Origin: Escherichia phage vB_EcoM_PTE-Eco09
Sequence record: PQ306574.1
DNA length: 64,000 nucleotides
Reading direction: 5' to 3' (one strand)
The translations under genes and the position numbers were made by a program. Shown piece after piece: positions 10,501 through 18,968 of the stretch. Below the pieces are notes generated by a model that worked only from the letters and a program-made list of their open reading frames with translations, was not told where the DNA came from and searched no databases. Numbering within the stretch: the first letter of the stretch is position 1; every line of letters begins with the position of its first letter.

Positions 10501-11312
10501 GACGTGCCAATTGATTGTTCTTCTGCGTGCTCATGAACTTTAACCGTAACGTGGTTGGTTGCGGTTAATCCGTCAAGGTCTGTAGTCTGGATCATGTCGC
10601 CATTGTTGGCAAACTTAGGAAGCACTAAGGTAATATTACCCAACGAACTACGACGAAATACCTGATCACCATTCTGCATTTGAATAGCATCAATCGCTGG
10701 CTGTGCGTACACACCGCGTGGCTCTGTTCCTGTCTGATAAACATGCCAACGATTACGAACAAAGATGAAATAGTTCATTGCATACGGGGTAGTGCAATAC
10801 CATTTTCGGTTGTACACATTACCGTTATGGTAAAACTCATGTCCTGTACTCAAAAACGATAATTCGTTAACACCACACTTGCCACCGATATCTTTTACTG
10901 TTATAGTGTCTCCCTCTGCTGGTTTAGTTGGCATAGAGAAAGTCAAGTTTGCAAATTGACCATCTGCTGCGATATAATCACCAGACTGTAAAGGAGTATC
11001 ACCGGAAGTTGCTGCAATATAATCCCAACGTGGGTCCGTGCGCAGTGCTTGCCATTTAGTCGGGTCAAAATCACCTGCTGGCTTTGTGATATCTTCTTTT
11101 GCATAATACGGACGGTTTTGATAGATTGTAGTTCCGTATTGATCATAACCGCGAGTTGTGTCATACTGAGTAATGCCATTATGGTAATTGAAAAATTCAA
11201 CGTTGACCGCATCCGTTGATGTGTTTTTATCTGCGTATGCTACATTGACGACCTTTTCATTACCAGCGTCAAAGCCAAATGTGGCCTTGAAATGTTGAGA
11301 AAAATCTGCCAT
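7572..11312 (-). CDS. 34: long tail fibre proximal subunit gp34
   Basis: 1246 aa; N-terminus and C-terminus (…GNVKIIANNLTRTVDFIWED) match T4 gp34; about 10 tandem ~35-aa ATExRRG…ATQ…ITPKKL repeats as in T4 gp34. Confidence 0.9.
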   Translation of the reverse strand: MADFSQHFKATFGFDAGNEKVVNVAYADKNTSTDAVNVEFFNYHNGITQYDTTRGYDQYGTTIYQNRPYYAKEDITKPAGDFDPTKWQALRTDPRWDYIAATSGDTPLQSGDYIAADGQFANLTFSMPTKPAEGDTITVKDIGGKCGVNELSFLSTGHEFYHNGNVYNRKWYCTTPYAMNYFIFVRNRWHVYQTGTEPRGVYAQPAIDAIQMQNGDQVFRRSSLGNITLVLPKFANNGDMIQTTDLDGLTATNHVTVKVHEHAEEQSIGTSGLKEIIGKRSGHGVFIFDKTENLWRLWDGDQSVRLKPIINDTRLQPNSYVAVFGGRDVTLTLPTNVEPGDRIQVSMQYMHGNQTCRIITSEEDTKILMQKNMVQFPKRSEYPFNGTDTWTGVSELSFNAANDYVPYLEFSYSEGDDGKKYWLVAHAHPIVERVDPTRKDRVGVIALATQTETNKNHEENPSDEVAVTPKMLSNKTANETRRGIARIATQAETHQDTGSNFLDDVIVTPKKLNDCVATEARRGVMEIATQHETNEGLDDTRAITPKKLEERRASEDLAGIAEIVQVGGSAAARRGEAGTGIYNINDHAKIVTPQNINEVKATETSRGVGYLATDAEVQGATESTPQDALLITTRTLTKRTATESRTGIAEIATQEETNLGQSDNHIITPKKLHTRRATETLHGLAEIATQPEFDAGRDDDRISTPLKIKTFFENAQRLKVDPTQGLNLTGDLWQGIMISGLDATEDTKGVAKVATTQLTDAGQDDTTIITPKKLQGKKATEGKEGIIRVGTHAETVAGIMDNVAISPKNFKYVVQTEDTWKATEARRGFLKVATQENCFVGDNLQGSTQELGNYQHDGIAVTPKGLNYALANFLPKMATAQNSLKLGNVEASKWARRDIDQTIESNYTFNKNVNVKGDLECLKSGSFETLSVTKNSTDVPSNGHLVLGDRGVDGHTGITLHGTTASEGMKNSWSIIVGGTGTAQVVDSDAISFGKINDGGVVEHYAFAMKHNGDATAYRDFIAGRNLYAKQGGLYIVDQSNPAMTRSPDGTLNIGHGGSVNIKAGSQTLTTEIAGQKYQIVHAGNADEVLNRRFVKNAGDTMVGKLTMDNAPIVSVKHEASAATAPAIGNIGFWNMRVTTQNIKETYPEKKNGTLMQWGTDADGLTQLWSPDGTHKHYIRSGTGGQWTAWGEIYTKQNKPTAQEIGAVVAEGGLMNSMTVRDWIKVGNVKIIANNLTRTVDFIWED

Positions 11313-11346
11313 TATTGGGTCTCCTGTTATAATATGAAATTATTTA

Positions 11347-11928
11347 TTGTGTGAGGTGTTTGTTGTGGCAAAAACAAAATTTTGGGATATCGAGACACAG
11401 AAAGCGATAAAAGGTAGATTCTATCATGTCGATGGAATATTATACCATTTAAAGGATTCTGTAGCTGCTGGATTCCGAAAAGAAGGGTCCATATACAAAA
11501 AAGGTGATGTGGTAAGGGTATGTCTCCATAAAGAAGGATATTTATACTTTACATTTTACAACAATGGTCATAAACTTAATCTGTTTGTACATAGAGTTGT
11601 CTGGTTTTTAGAGTATGGTACTCAGGTTGAACGAATAGATCACATAGACCAAGACAAAACTAACAATAGACCGTCAAACATGAGAGAAGCAACCGAACAG
11701 CAAAATCAGTTTAACGTCTCAAAGAAAAAGGCTTGCCATAGCAAATATAAAGGTGTATCATTATCACCAAGCAAGAAAAAGCCGTGGAAGGCGTATATTG
11801 TTATCAATCGAAAGAATATACATCTAGGATACTTTGAGACAGAAGTTGAGGCGGCTAAGGCTTATGACCGTGCAGCACATGAAATAGTTGGCGAGTATGC
11901 TTATTTAAATTTTCCAAAAAGAGGATGA
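11347..11928 (+). CDS. HNH homing endonuclease with AP2 DNA-binding domain
   Basis: HNH motif (ERIDHIDQDKTNNRPSNMREATEQQN) plus AP2-like domain (YKGVS…WKAYIVINRKNIHLGYFETEVEAAKAYDRAA); track start is TTG, true start likely slightly downstream. Confidence 0.65.
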   Translation: MCEVFVVAKTKFWDIETQKAIKGRFYHVDGILYHLKDSVAAGFRKEGSIYKKGDVVRVCLHKEGYLYFTFYNNGHKLNLFVHRVVWFLEYGTQVERIDHIDQDKTNNRPSNMREATEQQNQFNVSKKKACHSKYKGVSLSPSKKKPWKAYIVINRKNIHLGYFETEVEAAKAYDRAAHEIVGEYAYLNFPKRG

Positions 11929-11934
11929 TATATT

Positions 11935-12120
11935 ATGGTTAAAGTTGATTTGTCAGAAGGTGCAAAATGGGTAGTTGACAGAATCCCTGATAAGGATTAC
12001 AATTATTTCCGCGCCGAATTAAACAATGCAATTCTGCGAGTTATGGAGAAGTACGGGTATGACCGTGAAGTATCTAACTCGTTTGGCGAATATGTTGTTG
12101 TGAGAGTGGAGAGAACTTAA
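11935..12120 (+). CDS. hypothetical protein (61 aa)
   Basis: ATG ORF with SD, immediately upstream of rnh. Confidence 0.4.
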   Translation: MVKVDLSEGAKWVVDRIPDKDYNYFRAELNNAILRVMEKYGYDREVSNSFGEYVVVRVERT

Positions 12121-12122
12121 TT

Positions 12123-13070
12123 ATGACGTATAACCCATTTACAAAAACGACCGCTACACTTAATGATTTCTTCGATGATCCAGAAGATAAACTGCCGGAA
12201 GGTGTGCATTTGATTGATATGTCGCAGCTTATGATTGCTACTATCTCACATACCTTTAAACCGGAAGATCCTATTAATGAAGGTATGATCCGTCATCTTA
12301 TCCTTGACACCATGCGTTATAATATGACAAAATTCAAAGAGCAATACCCAATTACGGTACTTGCCTTTGATTCAAGCAAAGGTTACTGGCGACGTGATAT
12401 CGCCCCTTACTATAAACGCAACCGTAAGGAAAAACGAGACGCAGATCCGCGTGATTGGGAGATGATCTTTGCTGCGATCAATAAGATCACCGAAGAGTTT
12501 AAAGAGAACATGCCTTATCACGTTATTAAGGTTGACAAAGTTGAAGCGGATGATATAATCGCTGTATTAACTAAAAAGTTTTCTGTAGAAGGTCGCCAGG
12601 TGCTAATCAACTCCGGCGATGGTGACTACACACAGTTGCACAAATACAAAAATGTGAAACAGTGGGCACCAGTACAGAAAGCGTGGAAGAAATGCAAATA
12701 TGGTAGCCCTTACAAAGACCTTATGGTAAAATGTGTTAAGGGTGACGCAAAAGACGGTGTAGCTTCTATCAAGTGCCGTAGTGATTTCATTATCTCACGA
12801 CTGGAAGGAGAACGAGCTAAACCAATTGCAACCAAATGGTTAGAGCAAATTTTCGATGCCGAAGATCCAAAGTCTTTGATGACAGAGGAAGAAGCACGAC
12901 GCTTTGACGAAAACCGCGAACTTATTGATTTTGAATTTATTCCTGATAACATCGAATATGAAATTTTGTTAGCATGGGAAAAATCTAAACCAGCACCACG
13001 CGGTAAAATTTATAACTATTTTGTAACAAATGCGTTAGTTAAAATGTTGCAGAAAATTGGTGAGTTCTAA
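12123..13070 (+). CDS. rnh: RNase H (5'-3' exonuclease / flap endonuclease)
   Basis: 315 aa; colinear similarity to T4 RNase H (SGYWRRD, YKKNR, YEADD, DGDFTQLHKY-like, KQW-P, NVASVK-like, RSDF, EGER, IDF-YIPDNI, PRGKIY-YF). Confidence 0.9.
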   Translation: MTYNPFTKTTATLNDFFDDPEDKLPEGVHLIDMSQLMIATISHTFKPEDPINEGMIRHLILDTMRYNMTKFKEQYPITVLAFDSSKGYWRRDIAPYYKRNRKEKRDADPRDWEMIFAAINKITEEFKENMPYHVIKVDKVEADDIIAVLTKKFSVEGRQVLINSGDGDYTQLHKYKNVKQWAPVQKAWKKCKYGSPYKDLMVKCVKGDAKDGVASIKCRSDFIISRLEGERAKPIATKWLEQIFDAEDPKSLMTEEEARRFDENRELIDFEFIPDNIEYEILLAWEKSKPAPRGKIYNYFVTNALVKMLQKIGEF

Positions 13071-13080
13071 GGGTTGACAC

Positions 13081-13680
13081 ATGAAAGAACTTGAATTAAA
13101 ATACTATGCACACTCACAAATTGGCGTCGAAACCATCTGTGATTTGTGGGTGGCAATGTATGACGGGTACAATCTCTTAGACCGAGATAACATATTAAAA
13201 CACGAATTTTATTATGATACCGAAGATCATGCGCTACGTCAAAAAGGAATTTATGCACGACTTGACTGTAGAAAATCAGAGATCATGGTCAAAATGGGTG
13301 ATAATGAATCTGGACTATTCAACCGCGAGGAAATGACATTTTCAAATTGGGATGAGTTCGTCCATTTTATTGATAGTCTAGGGGTAAACTCCGACTATAT
13401 CACTGCAATAATGCAAGTAATGACATATCGCAAGTCATTGACTCTAGATATGGGTTGTGGTATAGTGGAAATGTGCAAAGACACTTTCTATTATGGCAAA
13501 GTAGGCGAAGGATTGGGAAACACTGCTCATTATGAACTTGAGTTCGAGTTAAAATCAGGTGATGAAAAAGCACTTGACATTATCCGAGAAATGATGCTAG
13601 AATATGTTGGTGACGATTTAAGTCCTAGCGAAATTTCAAAAGCTGAACGTGGTTTTCAATTAATGACGAAAGAGGGTTAA
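13081..13680 (+). CDS. CYTH-like (triphosphate tunnel metalloenzyme) domain protein
   Basis: 199 aa; N-terminal ExExK (MKELELKY) and C-terminal acidic ELEFELK motifs typical of CYTH; inserted between rnh and dsbA. Confidence 0.5.
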   Translation: MKELELKYYAHSQIGVETICDLWVAMYDGYNLLDRDNILKHEFYYDTEDHALRQKGIYARLDCRKSEIMVKMGDNESGLFNREEMTFSNWDEFVHFIDSLGVNSDYITAIMQVMTYRKSLTLDMGCGIVEMCKDTFYYGKVGEGLGNTAHYELEFELKSGDEKALDIIREMMLEYVGDDLSPSEISKAERGFQLMTKEG

Positions 13681-13685
13681 ATATT

Positions 13686-13961
13686 ATGACTGAACAGAAA
13701 AAAGAAAAAGTAGTATTCGATGAAAATGTACACGGAAATACCCTGGCACAACTGATTAAAGAAGCCAGCGATCAGAAAACCATTCAAGAAGCATATGGCG
13801 ATAAGATCAAAGAGATCAAACAGCGTGCTAAAGAAGAATTAGGCGTAGATGGTAAAATGTGGGGCATTCTGTTTAAACTGTATCACCAGCAACAGCGCGA
13901 AACCTTCGAAGCAGAACGCGACGAAGCGGTAGAACTCTATGATCGGGTGTTCAATGCTTAA
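13686..13961 (+). CDS. dsbA: double-stranded DNA binding protein DsbA
   Basis: 91 aa; matches T4 DsbA (FDE-HG, FIKEASD, RAKDELGVDGKM, VELYD-VF). Confidence 0.8.
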   Translation: MTEQKKEKVVFDENVHGNTLAQLIKEASDQKTIQEAYGDKIKEIKQRAKEELGVDGKMWGILFKLYHQQQRETFEAERDEAVELYDRVFNA

Positions 13962-14208
13962 TGAACATGCGGTAAAAGCCGCGAATAAAACAGCAAACGG
14001 TCTTGCAATCGAAAAACTGGTTGTTGAAGAGGGATTGACTTATCTTGAAGCGACAACGCAGTTTGTAGAGGAAAACTCTATCGAATATGGTCACTATCAG
14101 AAGTATATTCCGGTGTCCATTATTGACAAGATCACACAAGAATGTATAGTAAATAGAACACTCAGGAAGGGAGTGATCGACGAACCAACCAACACTCTCG
14201 ATATTTAA
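13939..14208 (+). CDS. 33: late transcription co-activator gp33
   Basis: Matches T4 gp33 (IEKLVVEEGL-YLEATT-F-EENSI, TNTLD C-terminus); true start probably the ATG near 13954. Confidence 0.8.
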   Translation: MIGCSMLNEHAVKAANKTANGLAIEKLVVEEGLTYLEATTQFVEENSIEYGHYQKYIPVSIIDKITQECIVNRTLRKGVIDEPTNTLDI

Positions 14209-14217
14209 GGGGTATGT

Positions 14218-14898
14218 ATGATCAGAAACCGTCTTCCTCCAGATCCAGATATGCGAATTAATGCTAAATCTGTGTATATGTTATATTGCATGATGAAAGC
14301 TCATATGAACGGGCGTTATGATTGCGTAAAATACAATTGGAGGATGCGGTTGTCTGATGCCGCATTCAATAAACGCAGAGATAAGTATTATTTCGCAAAA
14401 TTAGCGGAAAAGTACAATCTAAGAGAATTATACTTCCTATTCCTAAGCAATCTGGTAGCTAATACCGATGCATGGGTAGGTGAAATCACCGATGTTGACG
14501 CATACGGGTTTTACATGGAGTACATCGGTAAAATCACTGATGCGGCAACACGATTTGACGATGACATTAAAAGTCTTGTATACTTCTCAGAGAAACGCGG
14601 GGTTACTCTTAAAGAGCTAATTACATATAATCCCGCAACCGAAACTAGCGGTATCTTTAAACTACTGCAAAATCGGATTATATCGTTTGAGTCGTTTATG
14701 TTGTTAGATAGCTTTCTAAATATAATCGACGAACACGACAAGGTAGCCAAAGACTTGATTTGGCAAACTTATAGTGTTAAAATGAAGGCGTACAAGAAAC
14801 TACTTGTTATTGACGCCGCAAAAGCAAGAGCATTATTTGTTAAAGTAGTTAAAGAGTGTAAAGAAATATCTCAATTAAAAGCCGAAACAAATAGTTGA
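14218..14898 (+). CDS. 59: helicase loader gp59
   Basis: 226 aa; matches T4 gp59 (KSVYMLY-M-KAHMNGRYD-VKYNW-MR-SDAA, FLSNLVAN-DAW-G-I-D-DA, YNP, IFKLLQ-IISFE-F-LLDSFLNIID-HD). Confidence 0.85.
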   Translation: MIRNRLPPDPDMRINAKSVYMLYCMMKAHMNGRYDCVKYNWRMRLSDAAFNKRRDKYYFAKLAEKYNLRELYFLFLSNLVANTDAWVGEITDVDAYGFYMEYIGKITDAATRFDDDIKSLVYFSEKRGVTLKELITYNPATETSGIFKLLQNRIISFESFMLLDSFLNIIDEHDKVAKDLIWQTYSVKMKAYKKLLVIDAAKARALFVKVVKECKEISQLKAETNS

Positions 14899-14922
14899 CA
14901 AGTAAATTTAAATCTGTATAAT
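14895..14922 (+). promoter_or_regulatory. sigma70-like early promoter upstream of gene 32
   Basis: TTGACA-N16-TATAAT about 35 nt upstream of gene 32 ATG. Confidence 0.5.
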
Positions 14923-14958
14923 AGTCTAGTAAATTAATCAAAAGAAGGAATAGTGAAT

Positions 14959-15927
14959 ATGTTTAAACGCCAAGATTCTTCCAAACTGCAAGCTCAACTG
15001 GCCGCACTGAAAGGTGGCAACGGTTTCTCCAAAGAAGATCCGAAAGAGTGGAAGATTAAGACTGATGCAGCAGGTAACGGTGAAGCCCTGATTCGCTTCC
15101 TGCCGTCTAAGACAGAAGACGGTCTGCCGATTGTGAAACTGGTAAACCATTCCTTCAAAGTTAATGGCAAATGGTATTGGGAAAACTGCTCCAGCACCCA
15201 CGGTGATTTTGATTCTTGCCCTGTGTGCAAATATATTAACGAAAAAGACTTGTACAATACCGATAAAACCGAATGGCAACTGATTAAGCGTAAAGCGTCT
15301 TACTACGCAAACATTCTGGTACTGAAAGATCCTCAAGCACCAGAAAATGAAGGTAAGGTATTCAAATTCCGCTTCGGTCAGAAAATTTATGATAAGATCG
15401 TTGCAATGGTGAACGTGAATACCGATATGGGCGAAGTTCCGGTCGATGTAACTTGTGTGTTCTCTGGTGCTAACTTCCTCCTGAAAGCTAAGAAGGTTGA
15501 TAAACACCAGAACTATGATGATTCTCGTTTCATGCAGCAATCACAGCTTCCGAAAATTGAAGACGAAGCATATCAGAAATATCTGATGGAAAACATGGTT
15601 GATCTGAGTGAGATTGTAGCGCCTAGCCAGTTTAAACCGTTCGATGAACTGGAAACCAAATTTAAGAAAACTATGGGCGTTTCTATGGTAGCTGGTGCTG
15701 CGGCTTCCAGTGCTGCGGCAGCGATTAACAGCCAGCTTGACGATTTTGACGCACAGATGAATGCATTCGATTCTGGTATGACCGCAGCTAACACTGTAGT
15801 TGGTATTAACGCAGCTAGCACGGCGTTAGATTCTTCCGCTGATGACCTGATGGCATCTCTGGACCTGGGTGGCGGTACTTCCTCCGCTTCTGATCTGGAT
15901 GATCTTGACGCTCTGTTAGGGATGTAA
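14959..15927 (+). CDS. 32: single-stranded DNA binding protein gp32
   Basis: Strong match to T4 gp32 throughout (MFKR…LPSK…VNH-FK-NGKWY-E-CSSTHGD-DSCPVC-YI…[30 protein letters not shown]…acidic C-terminus); start taken at ATG 14959 with SD. Confidence 0.95.
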   Translation: MFKRQDSSKLQAQLAALKGGNGFSKEDPKEWKIKTDAAGNGEALIRFLPSKTEDGLPIVKLVNHSFKVNGKWYWENCSSTHGDFDSCPVCKYINEKDLYNTDKTEWQLIKRKASYYANILVLKDPQAPENEGKVFKFRFGQKIYDKIVAMVNVNTDMGEVPVDVTCVFSGANFLLKAKKVDKHQNYDDSRFMQQSQLPKIEDEAYQKYLMENMVDLSEIVAPSQFKPFDELETKFKKTMGVSMVAGAAASSAAAAINSQLDDFDAQMNAFDSGMTAANTVVGINAASTALDSSADDLMASLDLGGGTSSASDLDDLDALLGM

Positions 15928-15938
15928 TGAATTTTACA

Positions 15939-15962
15939 GCCTCCCTCCGGGAGGCTTTTTTA
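15939..15962 (+). terminator. rho-independent terminator after gene 32
   Basis: GCCTCCC-TCC-GGGAGGC stem followed by TTTTTT. Confidence 0.6.
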
Positions 15963-15987
15963 TTGCCTAAAATTTTATGAAAAGGTG

Positions 15988-16015
15988 TTGACATGCTTAT
16001 GTGGTAATGTATAAT
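15988..16015 (+). promoter_or_regulatory. sigma70-like early promoter with conserved leader
   Basis: TTGACA-N16-TATAAT then GCACACATCGAAACA…GGAGG leader. Confidence 0.5.
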
Positions 16016-16045
16016 GCACACATCGAAACAATGGAGGATAAAAAT

Positions 16046-17260
16046 ATGTTAGTACGTCAAGCGCATGAAATTGAATGGACTAAGGAGAAACATAATTGTA
16101 GAGCGAAAAGCCCAACAGATTTTTATGGTAAAATTTTAGAAATATGTAAAACAGAAAATTTAGTTTTTGTCGGCTTTGTTGGGGAATGGGAAGGAAACAA
16201 AACAAAAATAAAACTTATCTGCGAACATGGTCATGAATGGATATGTTCGATAGATAAATTTGTAAGTAAAGGAACAAGATGTTCTCATAAACAATGTAAA
16301 GGTAAACGAATATCTAAAAAATTGTCTATATCCGAAACGGAATACAAAACGAGAATTTTAGAAATATGTGAAACTGAAAATCTAATTTTCTTAGGTTTTG
16401 TTGGTGAATGGAAAGGGTGTGATACTAAAATTCGCATAAAATGCAAATACGGTCATGAATGGGATGTATCTATATATAGCTTCACAAAAATGAATACCAG
16501 ATGCCCTACATGCGCAGGACAGAACAGGACAAAAGACGAATACAAAACGAGAATTTTAGAAATATGTGAAACTGAAAATATAATTTTCTTAGGTTTTGTT
16601 GGTGAATGGAAAGGATGCCGCACAAAAATAAAACTTAGCTGCAAACACGGTCATGAATGGATATCTTCCATATTATGTTTTGTGTATCAAAATACTCGCT
16701 GTCCTGTATGTGTTGGTAGATTGTCTATCGACGATAGAATGATACAGATTAATCAAGTTTGCAATTCTTTAGGTTATGTAATAATTAAGATCCACGAAGA
16801 ATGGAAAAACACAGAAACTAAAATTGATGTTAAATGTTTATGTGATTATATATGGACAACAACAATACATAGAGTCATACATGGGACTACAGGTTGCAGA
16901 AAGTGTGCTACACATGGATACAATACAAAAAAATCGGGGACTCTTTATATACAGAAATTAACCAACGATGATTCCTTTGTTGGTGTGAAATTTGGAATAA
17001 CAAACAGAGACACGAATGAACGAATGAAAAACCAATCATCAAAGTCTAAATTCGACCATGAGATCTTTTATGAATTGACTTTACAAGACGGTCAAAAGAT
17101 CTTAGAATTAGAGAACAAGATCAAGAAAGCGATGAAAGGTAAAACTTCCTATATCTCAAAAGAAGATATGCCGGATGGCTGGACCGAAACAGTAGCGCCG
17201 TCTGAATTGAGCACTATCATGTATATCGTAAAAACTTTTGAAAAAGAGTTGACAGCGTAA
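16046..17260 (+). CDS. hypothetical protein with four tandem Cys/His-rich repeats and a C-terminal T5orf172/GIY-YIG-like domain
   Basis: Four ~70-aa repeats (TRILEICETEN-IFLGFVGEWKG…K-GHEW…TRCP-C) then GTLYIQKL…VGVKFGITNRD…ERMK; start set at ATG after GGAGG. Confidence 0.45.
   Translation: MLVRQAHEIEWTKEKHNCRAKSPTDFYGKILEICKTENLVFVGFVGEWEGNKTKIKLICEHGHEWICSIDKFVSKGTRCSHKQCKGKRISKKLSISETEYKTRILEICETENLIFLGFVGEWKGCDTKIRIKCKYGHEWDVSIYSFTKMNTRCPTCAGQNRTKDEYKTRILEICETENIIFLGFVGEWKGCRTKIKLSCKHGHEWISSILCFVYQNTRCPVCVGRLSIDDRMIQINQVCNSLGYVIIKIHEEWKNTETKIDVKCLCDYIWTTTIHRVIHGTTGCRKCATHGYNTKKSGTLYIQKLTNDDSFVGVKFGITNRDTNERMKNQSSKSKFDHEIFYELTLQDGQKILELENKIKKAMKGKTSYISKEDMPDGWTETVAPSELSTIMYIVKTFEKELTA
16111..16740. 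repeat. in-frame tandem DNA repeats (~210 bp units, 3-4 copies)
   Basis: Units beginning near 16120, 16333 and 16540 are highly similar; copies 2 and 3 are near-identical over about 80 nt. Confidence 0.7.
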
Positions 17261-17276
17261 CGCAATAGTGTATAAT
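17249..17276 (+). promoter_or_regulatory. sigma70-like early promoter with conserved leader
   Basis: TTGACA-N16-TATAAT-GCACAT-ATCGAAACA…GGAGG, overlapping 3' end of upstream ORF. Confidence 0.5.
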
Positions 17277-17305
17277 GCACATATCGAAACAACGGAGGAT
17301 TAACA

Positions 17306-17635
17306 ATGTTTTTGAATGCCACCCTTTCCCAGAAAAGTGATAAAATCGAACTTCTGTATGTCATTGCTGATGTGGACGTACAACGAAGAAATATAGATTT
17401 AAAAATTCACAAATATTATACTATGAGCGAATATCATGAAATAGAGATCCCACATAGTGTGTATCCTGCATTATTGTTAGGAAAAGGAAATCTAAGTGAA
17501 TATTCTTTGAAAGTCATCAAAGATTCTAAATCAATGCTTGCTCATATGGAAAAAGATTTTCTTGATGAAGTTTCCGCGCTAGTTATTAAACTGAAAGAAG
17601 AAACAGCACCGCTTTTCATGGAACAAAAAGGTTGA
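17306..17635 (+). CDS. hypothetical protein (109 aa)
   Basis: ATG ORF behind promoter/leader/SD cassette. Confidence 0.5.
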   Translation: MFLNATLSQKSDKIELLYVIADVDVQRRNIDLKIHKYYTMSEYHEIEIPHSVYPALLLGKGNLSEYSLKVIKDSKSMLAHMEKDFLDEVSALVIKLKEETAPLFMEQKG

Positions 17636-17659
17636 CGCCGAACACAGATGATGTATAAT
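17632..17659 (+). promoter_or_regulatory. sigma70-like early promoter with conserved leader
   Basis: TTGACG-N16-TATAAT-ACAAAC-ATCGAAACA. Confidence 0.5.
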
Positions 17660-17690
17660 ACAAACATCGAAACAAAGAGAGGACTATATT

Positions 17691-18020
17691 ATGTGGACAG
17701 TAGAAAAAATCGTTGACGAATCAACCGAAATTGTCTCGTGTGGCACTATTGAAGAATGTCTTAAAGCCGCTAACCGTGAATGTATTACGGTTTATGAATC
17801 CCGTCGCGGTGATGGTAGCTTGATTCAAAGTGATTATCGTTACACCGCACATAAAATTGTATTCCGTTTCTGGGAAAACGGTGTCAATGTCGGTGTCAGC
17901 TTACTGAAAATGTGGCGTGATTATTCCGAACGCTACTATGTTTCTCCTGATGATGGTAATGAATTTAAGACAGCAATCACAGAAGAAAATGTAAACGAAA
18001 ACTATTTCAAACTGATTTGA
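17691..18020 (+). CDS. hypothetical protein (109 aa)
   Basis: ATG ORF with SD behind promoter. Confidence 0.5.
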   Translation: MWTVEKIVDESTEIVSCGTIEECLKAANRECITVYESRRGDGSLIQSDYRYTAHKIVFRFWENGVNVGVSLLKMWRDYSERYYVSPDDGNEFKTAITEENVNENYFKLI

Positions 18021-18035
18021 TGGGAGATTTATATT

Positions 18036-18605
18036 ATGATTCAATGTGTATTTGCTATTGGTGACACTAAAATGTCAGATGAAAATTGGGCTTTTGGTTT
18101 TAAAGGCGGTTTACCGTGGGGGCGTCCAATTAAAAAGGACATGGAAAACTTTAAAATGCGCACTATGGGAGATGTTGATCTTGCGGCGGTTGTAATGGGA
18201 CGTAATACCTTTGAAAGTCTGCCTAAAGCACTGGAAGGTCGTCTTAATGTGGTTATTAGTACCGATGCCAGCAAGCCGACACCGAAAGCCAAAAACGGCG
18301 ACCAGCCTAATGTGTATACTGGAATTGAATTAAAGGATCTGTTAAAAGTCCTGGAGAAAACGCAAGGTTTGGTAAGTGTTATCGGTGGACCTTCCCTGAT
18401 TGAAAAAGCGGTTGACTTTGCGGATCGTATTGTGTTAACATATGTTCAACGAGCAGGAATTAATGATCCGTTCGAATATGATGTTGGTATCTCTAAGGAA
18501 ATGATTCAGGAATTATATTTTGACTTTGCAACAAAAGAAGAACATAATTACTTCCTTGATGATTACCTGATCAGCGAACAAATTTTAGAACGTAAGAAGG
18601 CGTAA
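18036..18605 (+). CDS. frd: dihydrofolate reductase
   Basis: 189 aa; DHFR-like motifs (IGD-TKM-W, GGLPW, VVMGRNTFESLP, VIGG); adjacent to td as in T4. Confidence 0.85.
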   Translation: MIQCVFAIGDTKMSDENWAFGFKGGLPWGRPIKKDMENFKMRTMGDVDLAAVVMGRNTFESLPKALEGRLNVVISTDASKPTPKAKNGDQPNVYTGIELKDLLKVLEKTQGLVSVIGGPSLIEKAVDFADRIVLTYVQRAGINDPFEYDVGISKEMIQELYFDFATKEEHNYFLDDYLISEQILERKKA

Positions 18606-18606
18606 C

Positions 18607-18699
18607 ATGAAAATTCTGACAGATTATGAGTGCAAACATTGTGGTGAATCTTTGATGTTTGCTGGTAGTCGGTGCTTACATTGCGGACGGGAACAATAA
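18607..18699 (+). CDS. small zinc-ribbon peptide (30 aa)
   Basis: MKILTDYECKHCGESLMFAGSRCLHCGREQ; two CxxC pairs; below track size cutoff, hand-derived. Confidence 0.3.
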   Translation: MKILTDYECKHCGESLMFAGSRCLHCGREQ

Positions 18700-18968
18700 T
18701 GAAAGTCGGTATTATTCAATTATGGACGGCTACCAGTGAAAACTACGCAGTAGCCGTAGATTATTACGGTTTACAATATCTCTATGATGAAGCGAGCGCA
18801 TCATGGCTTCCTGTGCAAGAAAATAGCGATATCTCAAGACCTGCTACTATATTCGACCGTGGCGTTGTCTTTATCGATATTGACGAGACAGTAGCAAAAC
18901 TGCGTAAGAAAGCAATCAACAAGAAAAAGGTGATGTGGGATGAAAGAATATTTGAAACTATTGCGTGA
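18699..18968 (+). CDS. hypothetical protein (about 89 aa)
   Basis: Track ORF 18672-18968 starts at GTG; internal ATG (MKVGII) overlaps the stop of the preceding peptide. Confidence 0.4.
   Translation: MKVGIIQLWTATSENYAVAVDYYGLQYLYDEASASWLPVQENSDISRPATIFDRGVVFIDIDETVAKLRKKAINKKKVMWDERIFETIA

Noticed and set aside
1953-11212. Many 60-165-aa ORFs on either strand inside tail-fibre genes 34-37 (for example 1953-2282, 3406-3882, 8766-9263, 10943-11212)
   Set aside because: All lie within, mostly antisense to, long ORFs that match T4 tail-fibre proteins along their length; spurious.
14938-15821. ORFs antisense to gene 32 (14938-15540, 14994-15257, 15573-15821)
   Set aside because: Overlap the clearly identified gp32 coding sequence on the opposite strand.
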